Shown here piece by piece: positions 43,377-52,839 of a stretch of DNA of 64,000 nucleotides. The stretch is from an uncultured Clostridia bacterium (GTDB lineage: Bacteria > Bacillota > Clostridia > Christensenellales > CAG-138). Both the position numbers and the translations under genes were made by a program. Within the stretch, counting starts at the first letter, position 1, and each line of letters starts with the position of its first letter. The notes under the pieces were generated by a model. That model had not been told where the DNA came from and did no database searches. It was given only the letters and a program-made list of their open reading frames with translations. The DNA lies in the NCBI GenBank assembly GCA_937915455.1, contig CALDNN010000196.1:8945-72944 (forward strand), given 5' to 3'.

Positions 43377-45941
43377 TTATGGCAGGATTGGGCCCAATAA
43401 CATGTAAGCGATAAAGCTAATCACATAGGCCACGGCCATCTGCCAAAACACGGCGAAGGCCGTCCACTTGCCGCTTTGCAGCTCCCGATGCATGGTGGAG
43501 ACGGCGGCGGCGCAGGGCACATACAACAGCACGAAGATGAGGAAGGCATAGGCGGAGCGGGGGGTGAAGGTACCTGAGAGGGCCGTGGCTACAGCGCCGC
43601 TTTCCGCCGATAGGGAGAAGCCGTAAAACATAGCTAGGCTGGAGACCACCGCTTCCTTGGCGATGAGCCCCGTGAGCAGGGATACCGCGGCCTGCCAGGT
43701 GCCGAAGCCCTGGGGCCGGAAGAGAGGCGCGACGAGGCCGCCCAAAATGCCCAGGATGCTTTTTGAGGCATCCTCCACTAATATAAGGCGGGGGTCGAAG
43801 CTTTGCAGGAACCAGAGCACCACGCTCATGGCGAAGATGATGGTGCCCGCCTTTTGCAAAAAGTGGCTCACCCGCTCCCAAACGTGGGTAAACGTATTGC
43901 GGACCGTGGGCACGCGGTAGGGGGGCAGCTCGATCACGAAGGGGGCATCCTCACCCGGGAAAAGGCGCTTTTTGAACAGCAGGCCCGAGAGCACGCCCAG
44001 CAGGATGCCGATGGCGTAGAGCGAAAAGATCACCAGCGTGCGCCCCTTGGCGAAGAAGGCCCCGGCGATGAGGCCGTAGACCGGCAGCTTGGCCGAGCAG
44101 CTCATAAAGGGCAGCAACAGGATGGTCATGCGCTTGTCTTTTTCATTATCCATGGTGCGCGCGCCCATGGCCGCGGGCACGGTGCAGCCAAAGCCCATTA
44201 ACAGGGGGATGAAGCTCTTGCCGGAAAGGCCGAAGCGGCGCATGGGCTTATCCATGATAAAGGCGATGCGGCTCATGTAGCCGCTATCTTCCAGCAGGGA
44301 GAGGCAGAAGAAGAGAATGGCGATCTGCGGCAGGAAGGTGAGCACGCCGCCCACGCCGGTGAGGATACCGTCGCAAACGAGGCCCGTAAGCCAGGCGAAC
44401 GCGCCGGAGGCAGTCATGGCCTCGCGTACATAGGGGATGACAAAGGAGCCGAGGGCCACGCTTACCGAGTCCGCAAGGAAAGCCCCGAGGCTGGAAAAGG
44501 TGAGGCCGAATATCAGCATCATGATGCCGAAGAAGAGGGGCAGAGCCAGGAACTTGTGGGTAAGCAGGGCGTCGATGCGGTTGGATCTGCTGGCCTCTCC
44601 CTGCTTGCGCGCCCGCTTGAGGGCGAGGGCGCACACCCGGCCCACGTAGCGGTAGCGGCTATCCGCCACCATGCTCTCGTTATCGCCCAGGGGACTGGCC
44701 GCGGCGTATTCTGCCGCCACGGCCTCTATCTGCCGGGCCACCTCCGGCGGCAGGCCCAGGCTATCCTTGATGAGCTCGTCGCCCTCCAGCAGCTTAATCT
44801 GTGTCCAATGCAGCGGCAGGCCCGCGGCCTTGGCGTAGCTTTCGACCAGCTTGCCGATGCGGTGGTGGGCCATGTGGGTGAAATCGTCGTAAAGGTCGTC
44901 CGGCTCTATGTTGAAGCCCTCGTGGAATTGGGTGTGAATGGCGTGGATCAGCTTTTGCGCCTGGGCCACCAGCTCGTCCACCCCCATGCCCGTGCGGGCG
45001 GAGATGGGGATTACGGGCACGCCCAGCTCCAAGGAAAGCCGATTTACGTCGATGCGATCGCCACTCTTCTGCACCTCGTCCATCATATTGAGGGCCACGA
45101 TCATGGGGTGCTCCAGCTCCATCAGCTGCACGGTGAGGTAAAGGTTGCGCTCGAGATTGGTGCCATCCACGATGTTGATAATGGCGTCCGGTTTTTCATC
45201 CACAATGAAGCGCCTGGCGATGATCTCTTCCATGGAATGGGGGGAGAGCGAATAGATGCCCGGCAGATCCACCAGCGTCATATCATGGCCGTGGGTGCAT
45301 ATGGCGTTCTTACCCACCGCGCCCCGGTTGGGCTGCTTGACCCGGCCCTCTTTTTTTTCTACCGTTACGCCGGGCCAGTTGCCCACGTATTCGTGGCCGC
45401 CGGTCATGGCGTTGAACAGGGTGGTTTTGCCGCAGTTGGGGTTGCCCACCAGGGCCAGCTTCACGGGTTGGTTCTCCGCGCCGGGGTCGATTTTATGCGA
45501 GCAAACGGCGCATTCGTCCGCCTCACCTGCGCGAGAGCAGGTGCTGGGAGTGCTGGTGAATGCCTCGGTCAGCAGGGCGGCCCGGCGGTGGCCCTCGGCA
45601 TCGGTATCCCGCTTGTGGCCGAGCTGTGAGCGGGAGCTCCGCTCGTATTCGGCCAGGGTTTGACGTTGCTGTTTTTGCAGGGCATCCTTTTCGCCGCCTT
45701 TCATCAGGGTGATCTGCAGGGCATCCTCTCGCCTAAGGGAAAGGGAATAGCCCCGCAGGGCGATCTCGATGGGGTCGCCCATGGGGGCCACCTTAACCAC
45801 CGTTACCTCTGTGCCGGGGGTGATGCCCATGTCCACGATGCGGCGGCGCACGCGCTTATCCGCCGTATTTACGCCGTATATATGGCCGCTTTGCCCAGGC
45901 AAGAGTTCACCCAGGGATTTACGCCCGCCTTTGTCATTCAT
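43377..45941 (-). CDS. feoB: Ferrous iron transporter, FeoA-FeoB fusion
   Basis: 854 aa. N-terminal FeoA SH3-like domain (GQSGHIYGVN...GDPIEIALRG), a ~100-aa linker with CSRAGEADECAVCSH, the G-domain GNPNCGKTTLFN, and a polytopic C-terminus. Confidence 0.9.
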   Translation of the reverse strand: MNDKGGRKSLGELLPGQSGHIYGVNTADKRVRRRIVDMGITPGTEVTVVKVAPMGDPIEIALRGYSLSLRREDALQITLMKGGEKDALQKQQRQTLAEYERSSRSQLGHKRDTDAEGHRRAALLTEAFTSTPSTCSRAGEADECAVCSHKIDPGAENQPVKLALVGNPNCGKTTLFNAMTGGHEYVGNWPGVTVEKKEGRVKQPNRGAVGKNAICTHGHDMTLVDLPGIYSLSPHSMEEIIARRFIVDEKPDAIINIVDGTNLERNLYLTVQLMELEHPMIVALNMMDEVQKSGDRIDVNRLSLELGVPVIPISARTGMGVDELVAQAQKLIHAIHTQFHEGFNIEPDDLYDDFTHMAHHRIGKLVESYAKAAGLPLHWTQIKLLEGDELIKDSLGLPPEVARQIEAVAAEYAAASPLGDNESMVADSRYRYVGRVCALALKRARKQGEASRSNRIDALLTHKFLALPLFFGIMMLIFGLTFSSLGAFLADSVSVALGSFVIPYVREAMTASGAFAWLTGLVCDGILTGVGGVLTFLPQIAILFFCLSLLEDSGYMSRIAFIMDKPMRRFGLSGKSFIPLLMGFGCTVPAAMGARTMDNEKDKRMTILLLPFMSCSAKLPVYGLIAGAFFAKGRTLVIFSLYAIGILLGVLSGLLFKKRLFPGEDAPFVIELPPYRVPTVRNTFTHVWERVSHFLQKAGTIIFAMSVVLWFLQSFDPRLILVEDASKSILGILGGLVAPLFRPQGFGTWQAAVSLLTGLIAKEAVVSSLAMFYGFSLSAESGAVATALSGTFTPRSAYAFLIFVLLYVPCAAAVSTMHRELQSGKWTAFAVFWQMAVAYVISFIAYMLLGPILP

Positions 45942-46110
45942 AAAAAATGGCCTCTTTCGCCTTTTACACTTTTATTCAGTATATGTTCCCGCCTTGTGCC
46001 TGTCAAGCGGCGCAAACGGGGCGGGCTACCGCTAAGATGCGTATTGCATGGCGGTTGGGGAAAGACTATAATGTTACTCGGTATAACTATGAGAACAGGG
46101 AGGGAAACGA

Positions 46111-46671
46111 ATGCTGGAAGTTTATAAACAGGCCCAAGCGGCCGTGGCGGAGCTGATGGCCTCCGCGGATAATCTCAAAGCCGGGGATATGCTGGTCGTG
46201 GGCTGTTCCACCAGCGAGATCTGCGGCAAGCGTATCGGCACCGGCTCCTCACAAGAGGCGGCCAAGGCCGTGATGGATGCTATATTGCCTGTGGCCAAGG
46301 CCCGGGGGCTGTATCTGTGCGTGCAATGCTGCGAGCACCTCAACCGCTGCTTGGTCGCGGAGCGTGCCTGCATGGAGCGATATGACCTACAGCAGGTGTG
46401 GGTGCGGCCCCAGCTGCACGCGGGCGGCGCGTTTGCCATGGAGGCCGTGAAGCGGTTGGACGAGCCTGTGATGGTGGAAGACCTTCGGGGCAAGGCATCG
46501 GCGGGCCTGGATATCGGCGGCACGCTAATCGGCATGCATCTGCACCCGGTGGTGGTGCCCATCCACGCAAACACGCGCAAGATCGGCGAAGCCAACCTCG
46601 TGATGGCCCGCACGCGGCCCAAATACGTGGGCGGCCCTCGCGCGATTTATGACGAAATTACACCACATTGA
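46111..46671 (+). CDS. TIGR01440/UPF0340 (YwlG-like) family protein
   Basis: 186 aa. Contains LVVGCSTSEICGKRIG, QCCEHLNRCLV and DIGGTLIGMHL, colinear with B. subtilis YwlG as I recall it. Confidence 0.8.
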   Translation: MLEVYKQAQAAVAELMASADNLKAGDMLVVGCSTSEICGKRIGTGSSQEAAKAVMDAILPVAKARGLYLCVQCCEHLNRCLVAERACMERYDLQQVWVRPQLHAGGAFAMEAVKRLDEPVMVEDLRGKASAGLDIGGTLIGMHLHPVVVPIHANTRKIGEANLVMARTRPKYVGGPRAIYDEITPH

Positions 46672-46779
46672 TGCGTTTTAGCTCGAATTGCAGGAAAAGA
46701 AGGGCGAACTTGCACGAAAGAACATAATCTAGAAAAATATTTGTTGTGTTTTTTATTACAATCGGTTATAATACACTTT

Positions 46780-47010
46780 AGGTTGTATGGGTTTTCGGGC
46801 TGTGGTTGCAAATCGATGCCAGTCGCAGGCGAAACGATCCACATAAGCGGGCAAAGCCCGTGAGCATGGTGCGGCTTAGATGTAAGTCCGCCCGTGGCCA
46901 TTGACCACGAGAGGAGCAGTAGTGGGGGGCATAATGCCTAGTAGCGAACCTCCCGGGCGGCGAGTGTGGGGTCAAAGACCAGGTCAGCCGAAAGGCCGGC
47001 AACCAGAAAA
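46780..47010 (+). ncRNA. Candidate structured RNA / long 5' leader upstream of the zinc-ribbon gene (class unassigned)
   Basis: TATAAT at 46767..46772. Hairpins CGGGC-AAA-GCCCG (46848..46860), GTGG-CCATTGA-CCAC (46894..46908) and GGCAT-AA-TGCC (46928..46938). A long-range 7-bp pairing CCGCCCG (46888..46894) / CGGGCGG (46954..46960) is stacked on GAGG/CCTC. No ORF. Confidence 0.4.
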
Positions 47011-47036
47011 ATTTTTTACAAGGGGATTTTTACACA

Positions 47037-47306
47037 ATGTTCGAAGACAAGACTTTGGTATGCAAGGATTGCGGCGCTGAGTTCGTTTTTACCGCTGGCG
47101 AGCAGGAATTCTACGCTGAGAAGGGTTTCCAGAACGAGCCCATCCGCTGCAAGGCGTGCAGGAACAACCGTAAATCCCAGCGCAGCGGTGAGCGCGAGAT
47201 GTACGATGCCGTTTGCGCCGAGTGCGGTGCTCCCACCAAGATCCCGTTCGTTCCTAAGAACGACCGCCCGATCTATTGCAGCGCTTGCTTCCAGAACCAC
47301 CGTTAA
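47037..47306 (+). CDS. Zinc-ribbon protein with two CxxC...CxxC units (CxxC-x17-CxxC family)
   Basis: 89 aa. First unit CKDCGAEF...CKACR, second unit CAECGAPT...CSACF. Confidence 0.8.
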   Translation: MFEDKTLVCKDCGAEFVFTAGEQEFYAEKGFQNEPIRCKACRNNRKSQRSGEREMYDAVCAECGAPTKIPFVPKNDRPIYCSACFQNHR

Positions 47307-47392
47307 CCGTTCTGACTATCTACGAGCAAAGGCTTCCTAATCCCCTTTTTGCCGCGTTGCGGAAAAATTCGGTGCATTAGTAAAAGCAAGAA

Positions 47393-47418
47393 GGCCCCAT
47401 GCACACGGGGCCTTTTTT
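47393..47418 (+). terminator. Terminator of the zinc-ribbon gene
   Basis: GGCCCC ... GGGGCC stem followed by TTTTTT. Confidence 0.8.
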
Positions 47419-47464
47419 GTTTGCCGCAAACGTTACATTATCACTTTTGGATATTGCATTAAGA

Positions 47465-47512
47465 ACACAAAATATATATACTATTCACACGGCATGATAC
47501 AATATGTTGTGT
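47465..47512 (+). promoter_or_regulatory. Tandem NrdR boxes upstream of nrdD
   Basis: Box 2 ATACAATATGTTGTGT (47497..47512) matches the acaCwAtATaTwGtgt palindrome at 14/16 positions. Box 1 ACACAAAATATATATA (47465..47480) is a half-match. The starts are 32 bp apart, as is typical for NrdR operators. Confidence 0.6.
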
Positions 47513-47551
47513 GGCCGGCGCGTTTCGGCCAGGATATAAGGGGGAATCAGT

Positions 47552-49855
47552 ATGATAGATGTCATCAAAAAACGTGATGGGCGGATCACGCCCTTTGATA
47601 TGCAAAAGATCACCACGGCCATTCAAAAGGCCTTCGACGCCACGGGCGTAAGCGCCAGCGGAGCGGAAGCCCTGGCGCAGCAGGTGGTGCAGCGCCTGGA
47701 GGAGGCGGGGGTGGAGCAGCCCGGGGTGGAGCAGATACAGGATTGCGTGGAGCGGGTGCTGCTGGATAACGGCCACGTGCGCACGGCCAAGGCCTATATC
47801 CTCTACCGCGCGGAGCGCAGCCGCGTACGTCAGGCCAATACCCGCCTGATGAAGATATATGAGGATATCACCTATTCCGACGCCAGCGACAGCGACATCA
47901 AGCGGGAGAACGCCAACATCGACGGCAACACCGCCATGGGCGCAATGCTCAAATATGGCAGCGAGGGCGCCAAGCAGTTCAATGAGCTCTACGTTCTCAA
48001 CCCCGAGCACGCCCGGGCTCACCGCGAGGGCGATATCCACATCCACGACCTGGATTTTTATACCCTCACCACCACCTGCTGCCAGATCGACCTGCTCACA
48101 CTCTTTAAGGGCGGCTTTTCCACAGGCCATGGCGTGCTGCGTGAGCCAATGCATATCACCAGCTATGCGGCCCTAGCCTGCATCGCCATCCAGTCGAATC
48201 AAAACGATCAGCACGGCGGCCAAAGCATCGTCAATTTCGATTACGGCCTGGCCCCCGGCGTTGCCAAGACATATGTCCGCACTTACCGCCAGATGCTTGG
48301 CCGCAGCCTCGAGCTGCTGCTCGACGAGCCGCAGGGTGTGATCGACGCGGTGAACGCCGCGCTGGCGGCCGAGAATCTGGAACCCCTGCTGGATGACGGT
48401 AACGGCTACCTGGCCCGCGAGCGAGCGCTCTATCTCGAGGCGGGCATAGAAGAGGCCCCCTTTGCCAAGGCCCAGGCCTTTGCCAGGGAGAAAGCCATGC
48501 AGGATACCGACAGGGAGACCTACAAGGCAATGGTGGCATTGGTACATAACCTCAACACCATGCACTCCCGCGCGGGGGCGCAGACCCCTTTTTCCAGCAT
48601 CAACTACGGCATGGATACCAGCGCAGAGGGCCGCATGGTGATGAAAAACATGCTGCTGGCCACCGAGGCGGGGCTGGGCCATGGCGAAACGCCGATTTTC
48701 CCCATCCAGATTTTCCGGGTAAAAGAGGGGATCAACTACAACCCCGGCGAGCCGAATTACGACCTTTTTCGCCTTGCCTGCCGCTGCAGCGCCAAGCGCT
48801 TGTTCCCCAATTTTTCCTTTATCGACGCGCCCTTCAATCTGCCTTACTATAAGCCCGGCCATTACGAGACCGAGGTAGGCTATATGGGCTGCCGCACCCG
48901 TGTAATGGCCAATGCGTACGACCCGAGCAACGAGATCGCGCCGCGCCGGGGCAATTTGAGCTTCACCACCATCAACCTGCCCCGCATCGCCATCCTCTCC
49001 GGCGGGAACGCGGAATGGTTCTTCGAAGAGCTCGACCGCAAGATCGACCTGTGCATCGAGCAGCTTTTGGAGCGCTTCGCCATCCAATGCAAAAAGAAGG
49101 TGTGCAACTTCCCCTTTCTCATGGGGGAAGGCTGCTGGCTGGACAGCGAAAACCTGCATTGGAACGACGAGATCGGCGAGGTGCTCAAGCACGGCACCCT
49201 GTCCGTGGGCTTCATCGGCCTGGCGGAAACGCTCAAGGCGCTGGTGGGCGAGCATCACGGCCAAAGTGAAAAAGCCCAGAATCTGGGCCTCGAAATCATC
49301 TCCCACATGCGGCGCAGGCTGGATGACGAATCGAAAAAGCGCAAGCTCAACTTTACCCTGCTGGCCACCCCGGCGGAGGGCCTTTCCGGCCGCTTCGTCA
49401 AGCTGGATAAAAAGCGCTTCGGTGTGATCGAGGGCGTTACGGATCGGGAGTATTATACCAACAGCTTCCACATCCCGGTCTATTTCCCCATCGCCGCCTT
49501 TGATAAGATCCGCCTGGAAGCCCCCTACCATGCCCTCACCAACGCGGGGCATATCAGCTATGTGGAGCTGGATGGCGACACGGCCCAGAACCTCGACGCT
49601 TTCGAGAGCATCGTGCGCTGCATGAAGGAGGCGGGCATCGGCTACGGCTCCATCAACCACCCGGTGGATCGGGATGGGGTTTGCGGCTACAATGGCATCA
49701 TCGGCGACGTTTGCCCCAAGTGCGGCCGCACAGAGCACGGCGGGCCGAAATTCCAACGCATCCGGCGCATCACAGGTTATCTCGTGGGCACCATGGATAA
49801 ATGGAACAACGCCAAGCGGGCCGAGGAGGCCGATCGGGTAAGTCACCAATTGTAA
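47552..49855 (+). CDS. nrdD: Anaerobic ribonucleoside-triphosphate reductase (class III)
   Basis: 767 aa. N-terminal ATP-cone, a C-terminal Zn site CGYNGIIGDVCPKCG, and the glycyl-radical motif RRITGYLVG. Confidence 0.95.
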   Translation: MIDVIKKRDGRITPFDMQKITTAIQKAFDATGVSASGAEALAQQVVQRLEEAGVEQPGVEQIQDCVERVLLDNGHVRTAKAYILYRAERSRVRQANTRLMKIYEDITYSDASDSDIKRENANIDGNTAMGAMLKYGSEGAKQFNELYVLNPEHARAHREGDIHIHDLDFYTLTTTCCQIDLLTLFKGGFSTGHGVLREPMHITSYAALACIAIQSNQNDQHGGQSIVNFDYGLAPGVAKTYVRTYRQMLGRSLELLLDEPQGVIDAVNAALAAENLEPLLDDGNGYLARERALYLEAGIEEAPFAKAQAFAREKAMQDTDRETYKAMVALVHNLNTMHSRAGAQTPFSSINYGMDTSAEGRMVMKNMLLATEAGLGHGETPIFPIQIFRVKEGINYNPGEPNYDLFRLACRCSAKRLFPNFSFIDAPFNLPYYKPGHYETEVGYMGCRTRVMANAYDPSNEIAPRRGNLSFTTINLPRIAILSGGNAEWFFEELDRKIDLCIEQLLERFAIQCKKKVCNFPFLMGEGCWLDSENLHWNDEIGEVLKHGTLSVGFIGLAETLKALVGEHHGQSEKAQNLGLEIISHMRRRLDDESKKRKLNFTLLATPAEGLSGRFVKLDKKRFGVIEGVTDREYYTNSFHIPVYFPIAAFDKIRLEAPYHALTNAGHISYVELDGDTAQNLDAFESIVRCMKEAGIGYGSINHPVDRDGVCGYNGIIGDVCPKCGRTEHGGPKFQRIRRITGYLVGTMDKWNNAKRAEEADRVSHQL

Positions 49856-49880
49856 TGATCATAATAAATAGGAGGCGGCG

Positions 49881-50390
49881 ATGAAAATACGACTTTATGG
49901 GGTGGTTCGGGATTCCATTGTGGATGGCCCCGGCCTGCGTACGGCTGTTTTCGTGCAGGGCTGCTCCCACCATTGCCCCGGCTGCCACAACCCCGCTTCC
50001 CACGACCCGGCCGCCGGCTACGAGACCGATACGGAGGATATCCTGGCCGCCATGGCTGCAAATCCCCTCTGCACCGGCCTTACCCTCTCGGGTGGTGAGC
50101 CTTTCGAGCAGCCCGGCCCCTGCCTTGAATTGGCCAGGGGCGCACGCGCACTCGGTAAAAACGTGTGGGCCTATTCGGGCTATACGCTGGAAGAATTACG
50201 GGCCATGGAGAATGAAGATGTACGAGCCCTGCTCGATGAACTCGATGTGCTGGTGGACGGCCCCTTTTTGCTGGATCGGCGCTCGCTCGATTTGAAATTT
50301 CGCGGTAGCGCCAACCAGCGCCTGATCGATATGAAAAAATCCGCGCTCGGAGCCATCGTGCTCTGGGAGGATCCCTGGGAAAAATTATAG
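49881..50390 (+). CDS. nrdG: Anaerobic ribonucleotide reductase activating protein (radical SAM)
   Basis: 169 aa. Contains DGPGLRTAVFVQGCSHHCPGCHNP. Confidence 0.9.
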   Translation: MKIRLYGVVRDSIVDGPGLRTAVFVQGCSHHCPGCHNPASHDPAAGYETDTEDILAAMAANPLCTGLTLSGGEPFEQPGPCLELARGARALGKNVWAYSGYTLEELRAMENEDVRALLDELDVLVDGPFLLDRRSLDLKFRGSANQRLIDMKKSALGAIVLWEDPWEKL

Positions 50391-50400
50391 CATGCAAAAA

Positions 50401-50419
50401 GCCCCGGCACGCCGGGGCT
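50401..50419. terminator. Hairpin after nrdG (better terminator in minus orientation)
   Basis: GCCCCGG-CACG-CCGGGGC preceded by AAAAA and followed by only TT. Confidence 0.5.
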
Positions 50420-50653
50420 TCAGACTGCCCCCAAATCCTTGGGGGCTCGGGGGCCGTTCACAGTTCGCAATAGTCGCCACGCTTCCTCTGGGTCGCGTTG
50501 CTCCTTTGCTCACTGGGCTTCCGCCTCCAGGAGGCTATAATCGCCGCCAGCGACAGGCGCGGTGGCGGCGAAAGGCCTTGCGCAGCAAGGGCCTCTCCGC
50601 AGGGCTTTCCGGCCGTGTCCACAGGCACAAGCAAACCCTGTAAACTCAAAAAA

Positions 50654-50673
50654 GTGGCTATAGCCACTTTTTT
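50654..50673. terminator. Bidirectional terminator at the 3' end of the flippase gene
   Basis: AAAAAA-GTGGCTA/TAGCCAC-TTTTTT. Confidence 0.8.
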
Positions 50674-50679
50674 GACAAG

Positions 50680-52272
50680 CTAATCCCGATACATCAGCCG
50701 CTTGATCTTTGCCCCGCCCGGGATGTATTCCAGTTCCTCCCTGGAGAAGAAGCGCAGGTATACGGCCATCACGGCATAGGCAAATACGCCCATGGCCACG
50801 GAGAGCAGGGTGGAGAGGGAGGCGTGCTCCGTCTCTGCCATCAGCTGGCCCAGCATGTAGACCACGAAACCCATCATGGCGCTGGAAAGCAGGGGCTTGA
50901 GCAGCACGTCGAACATGCTGAGGGAGAGTTTAGCCTTGCGGATCACATAGATGGTATCGGCAATGCCCGCAAAGGCATAGCAGACCACCGTGGATACGGA
51001 TGCACCCTGAATATTGACCTCGGGGATATTCATCAGAACCAGCTGGGTGACCACTTTGAGGATAAAGCCGATAAAGAGATTGAAAACCGGCACATGCGGC
51101 TTGCCCATGCCCTGGATTACGCCCGTCATCGATTGTACCAGCGAGAGGAAGATCACGCCGATGGCGGAGGTATGCATCAAATCCGTGGCCAGTTGCAATT
51201 CCGCTAGGGAGAGCTTGGGATAGAGCATGGAAAGCACCGGTCCGGCCAGGATGTAGAGACCCACGGCGCAAGGCAGGCCGATGATCAGGGCCAGCTTGAG
51301 GCCCATGCGGGCGATGCTCTGCATGCCGGCCTTATCCCGCTTGGCCATGAAGGCGGAGATGGCGGGCACCAGGCTCATGGCCAGGGCCATGGTGAGCACG
51401 CCCGGCATGTTGGTAAGAGTGGCCACATTGGTGCGCATGAGGGAGAAGGCGGTTTGCGCGGTTTCTTTTTCGTAGCCCAGTTTGAGCAGGATGCGGATGA
51501 TGAGGGCGCTGTCCACCACGCTGGCTAGGGGGCTGATGGATGCGCCGATGGTAATGGGTAGGGCCAAGGCCAGCAGGCGCTTGGCTACGGGCTTATCCTC
51601 CGTGCGGCGGCTGCGCTCCATGCGCGAGCGGATGCGGGGCCACCTGCGGCGGTAGGCCAGGATGATGTAGAAGAGGGCTAGCAGTTCGCTGGCCGTAACG
51701 CCGATGAGCGCGCCCATGGCTGCATATTCCGGCCCCTTGGGCAGGAGCAGAATGGCCAGGCCCAGACCGATGACCAGCTTGCCCACCTGCTCCACCACCT
51801 GCGAAAGGGCGGTGGGGGCCATCTGCTGCATGCCCTGCAAATAGCCCCGGTAGGCGCACATCAGCGCTACAAAGAAAAGGGCAGGGGCCAGCGCGCGGAA
51901 GGAATAGGCCACCTCGGGCAATAGGTGCAGCTTAGCGAGATAATCCGCGCCGAAAAACATCAGCAGTGCGGTGATCACGCCGATTCCTAAGAGGATTTGG
52001 AGCGCCGTGGTGAATACGCGGTGCGCGCCCCGGTAATCCCCCAGGGTGACCCGCTCGGAAACCATTTTGGAGATAGCCGTAGGCAGGCCACTGGTAGAGA
52101 TGACCAGCAGCCAGGAATAGTAAGGATAGGCCGTATCGTAATAGCTGGTGCCGATCAGGCCGATGGCATTGGCCAGGGGGATGCGGAAGGCCGCACCAAT
52201 TATTTTGACCAGGATGCCTGCCGCGCCCAGCACAGCTGCACCCTGGATGAAGGACGTTTTTTTCTTTTCCAT
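50680..52272 (-). CDS. MOP-superfamily flippase (MurJ/SpoVB-like polysaccharide biosynthesis protein)
   Basis: 530 aa with ~14 TM segments. N-terminus FIQGAAVLGAAGILVKIIGAAFRIPLANAIG. Confidence 0.85.
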   Translation of the reverse strand: MEKKKTSFIQGAAVLGAAGILVKIIGAAFRIPLANAIGLIGTSYYDTAYPYYSWLLVISTSGLPTAISKMVSERVTLGDYRGAHRVFTTALQILLGIGVITALLMFFGADYLAKLHLLPEVAYSFRALAPALFFVALMCAYRGYLQGMQQMAPTALSQVVEQVGKLVIGLGLAILLLPKGPEYAAMGALIGVTASELLALFYIILAYRRRWPRIRSRMERSRRTEDKPVAKRLLALALPITIGASISPLASVVDSALIIRILLKLGYEKETAQTAFSLMRTNVATLTNMPGVLTMALAMSLVPAISAFMAKRDKAGMQSIARMGLKLALIIGLPCAVGLYILAGPVLSMLYPKLSLAELQLATDLMHTSAIGVIFLSLVQSMTGVIQGMGKPHVPVFNLFIGFILKVVTQLVLMNIPEVNIQGASVSTVVCYAFAGIADTIYVIRKAKLSLSMFDVLLKPLLSSAMMGFVVYMLGQLMAETEHASLSTLLSVAMGVFAYAVMAVYLRFFSREELEYIPGGAKIKRLMYRD

Positions 52273-52344
52273 GCTCGCTCCTGAAGGGGCAGATGGCCTG
52301 CAGCCCGCCGCCCGAGATATACCATACTATTATAACAGATTTAT

Positions 52345-52737
52345 TCAATAAGGCGAGACAAGATTCACAAGATAGGCCGCATAGGCCCCCAGGGCGGAGA
52401 TGGGTAGGGCCATGAGGCACCAAAGCAGGGAAAAATCCAGGCAAACCTGGCCGTAGAGGTTGCGGGACCGGGTGGAATAATCCCACACGCCCAGGCCCAG
52501 ATGGCGGTTTACTGCACAGCCGCAGAGGAATTCCGCAGCCGTGATAACCAACCCCGCCAACAGGAACCGCAGGGGCCAGGCCGGCGCATAGCGTAAAAAG
52601 AGGGCGCTAAGGAGCATGCAGCAAAGGCCGCCCGTAATAAACATGGATAGGTGGCTGCGGCCCCGCCAGGCAAGCTCGAGCAGCAAATACAGCAGGCCGC
52701 CAATGATAAATGTAAACAAACTTTGAAGCATAACCAT
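52345..52737 (-). CDS. Small polytopic membrane protein (possibly the PF06541/DUF1113 'ABC-transporter type IV' family)
   Basis: 130 aa with 4 hydrophobic helices. The family call is tentative. Confidence 0.55.
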   Translation of the reverse strand: MVMLQSLFTFIIGGLLYLLLELAWRGRSHLSMFITGGLCCMLLSALFLRYAPAWPLRFLLAGLVITAAEFLCGCAVNRHLGLGVWDYSTRSRNLYGQVCLDFSLLWCLMALPISALGAYAAYLVNLVSPY

Positions 52738-52839
52738 AGGCTTCTATTTTCCAGGCTGCATTATTCAAAAAAGAGGCGTAGCATGGTATAATATCCATAA
52801 TTGGAGGAATATTGACAAATTTCCAGGAGGTATCACACG

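Noticed and set aside
46975-47005. ACCAGGTCAG...GAAA...GGCAACC, resembling SRP RNA domain IV or the SAM-I GCAACC segment.
   Set aside because: The rest of the element lacks the GGUCCGGAAGGAAGCAGC core of SRP RNA, its Alu domain, and the SAM-I four-way junction motifs.
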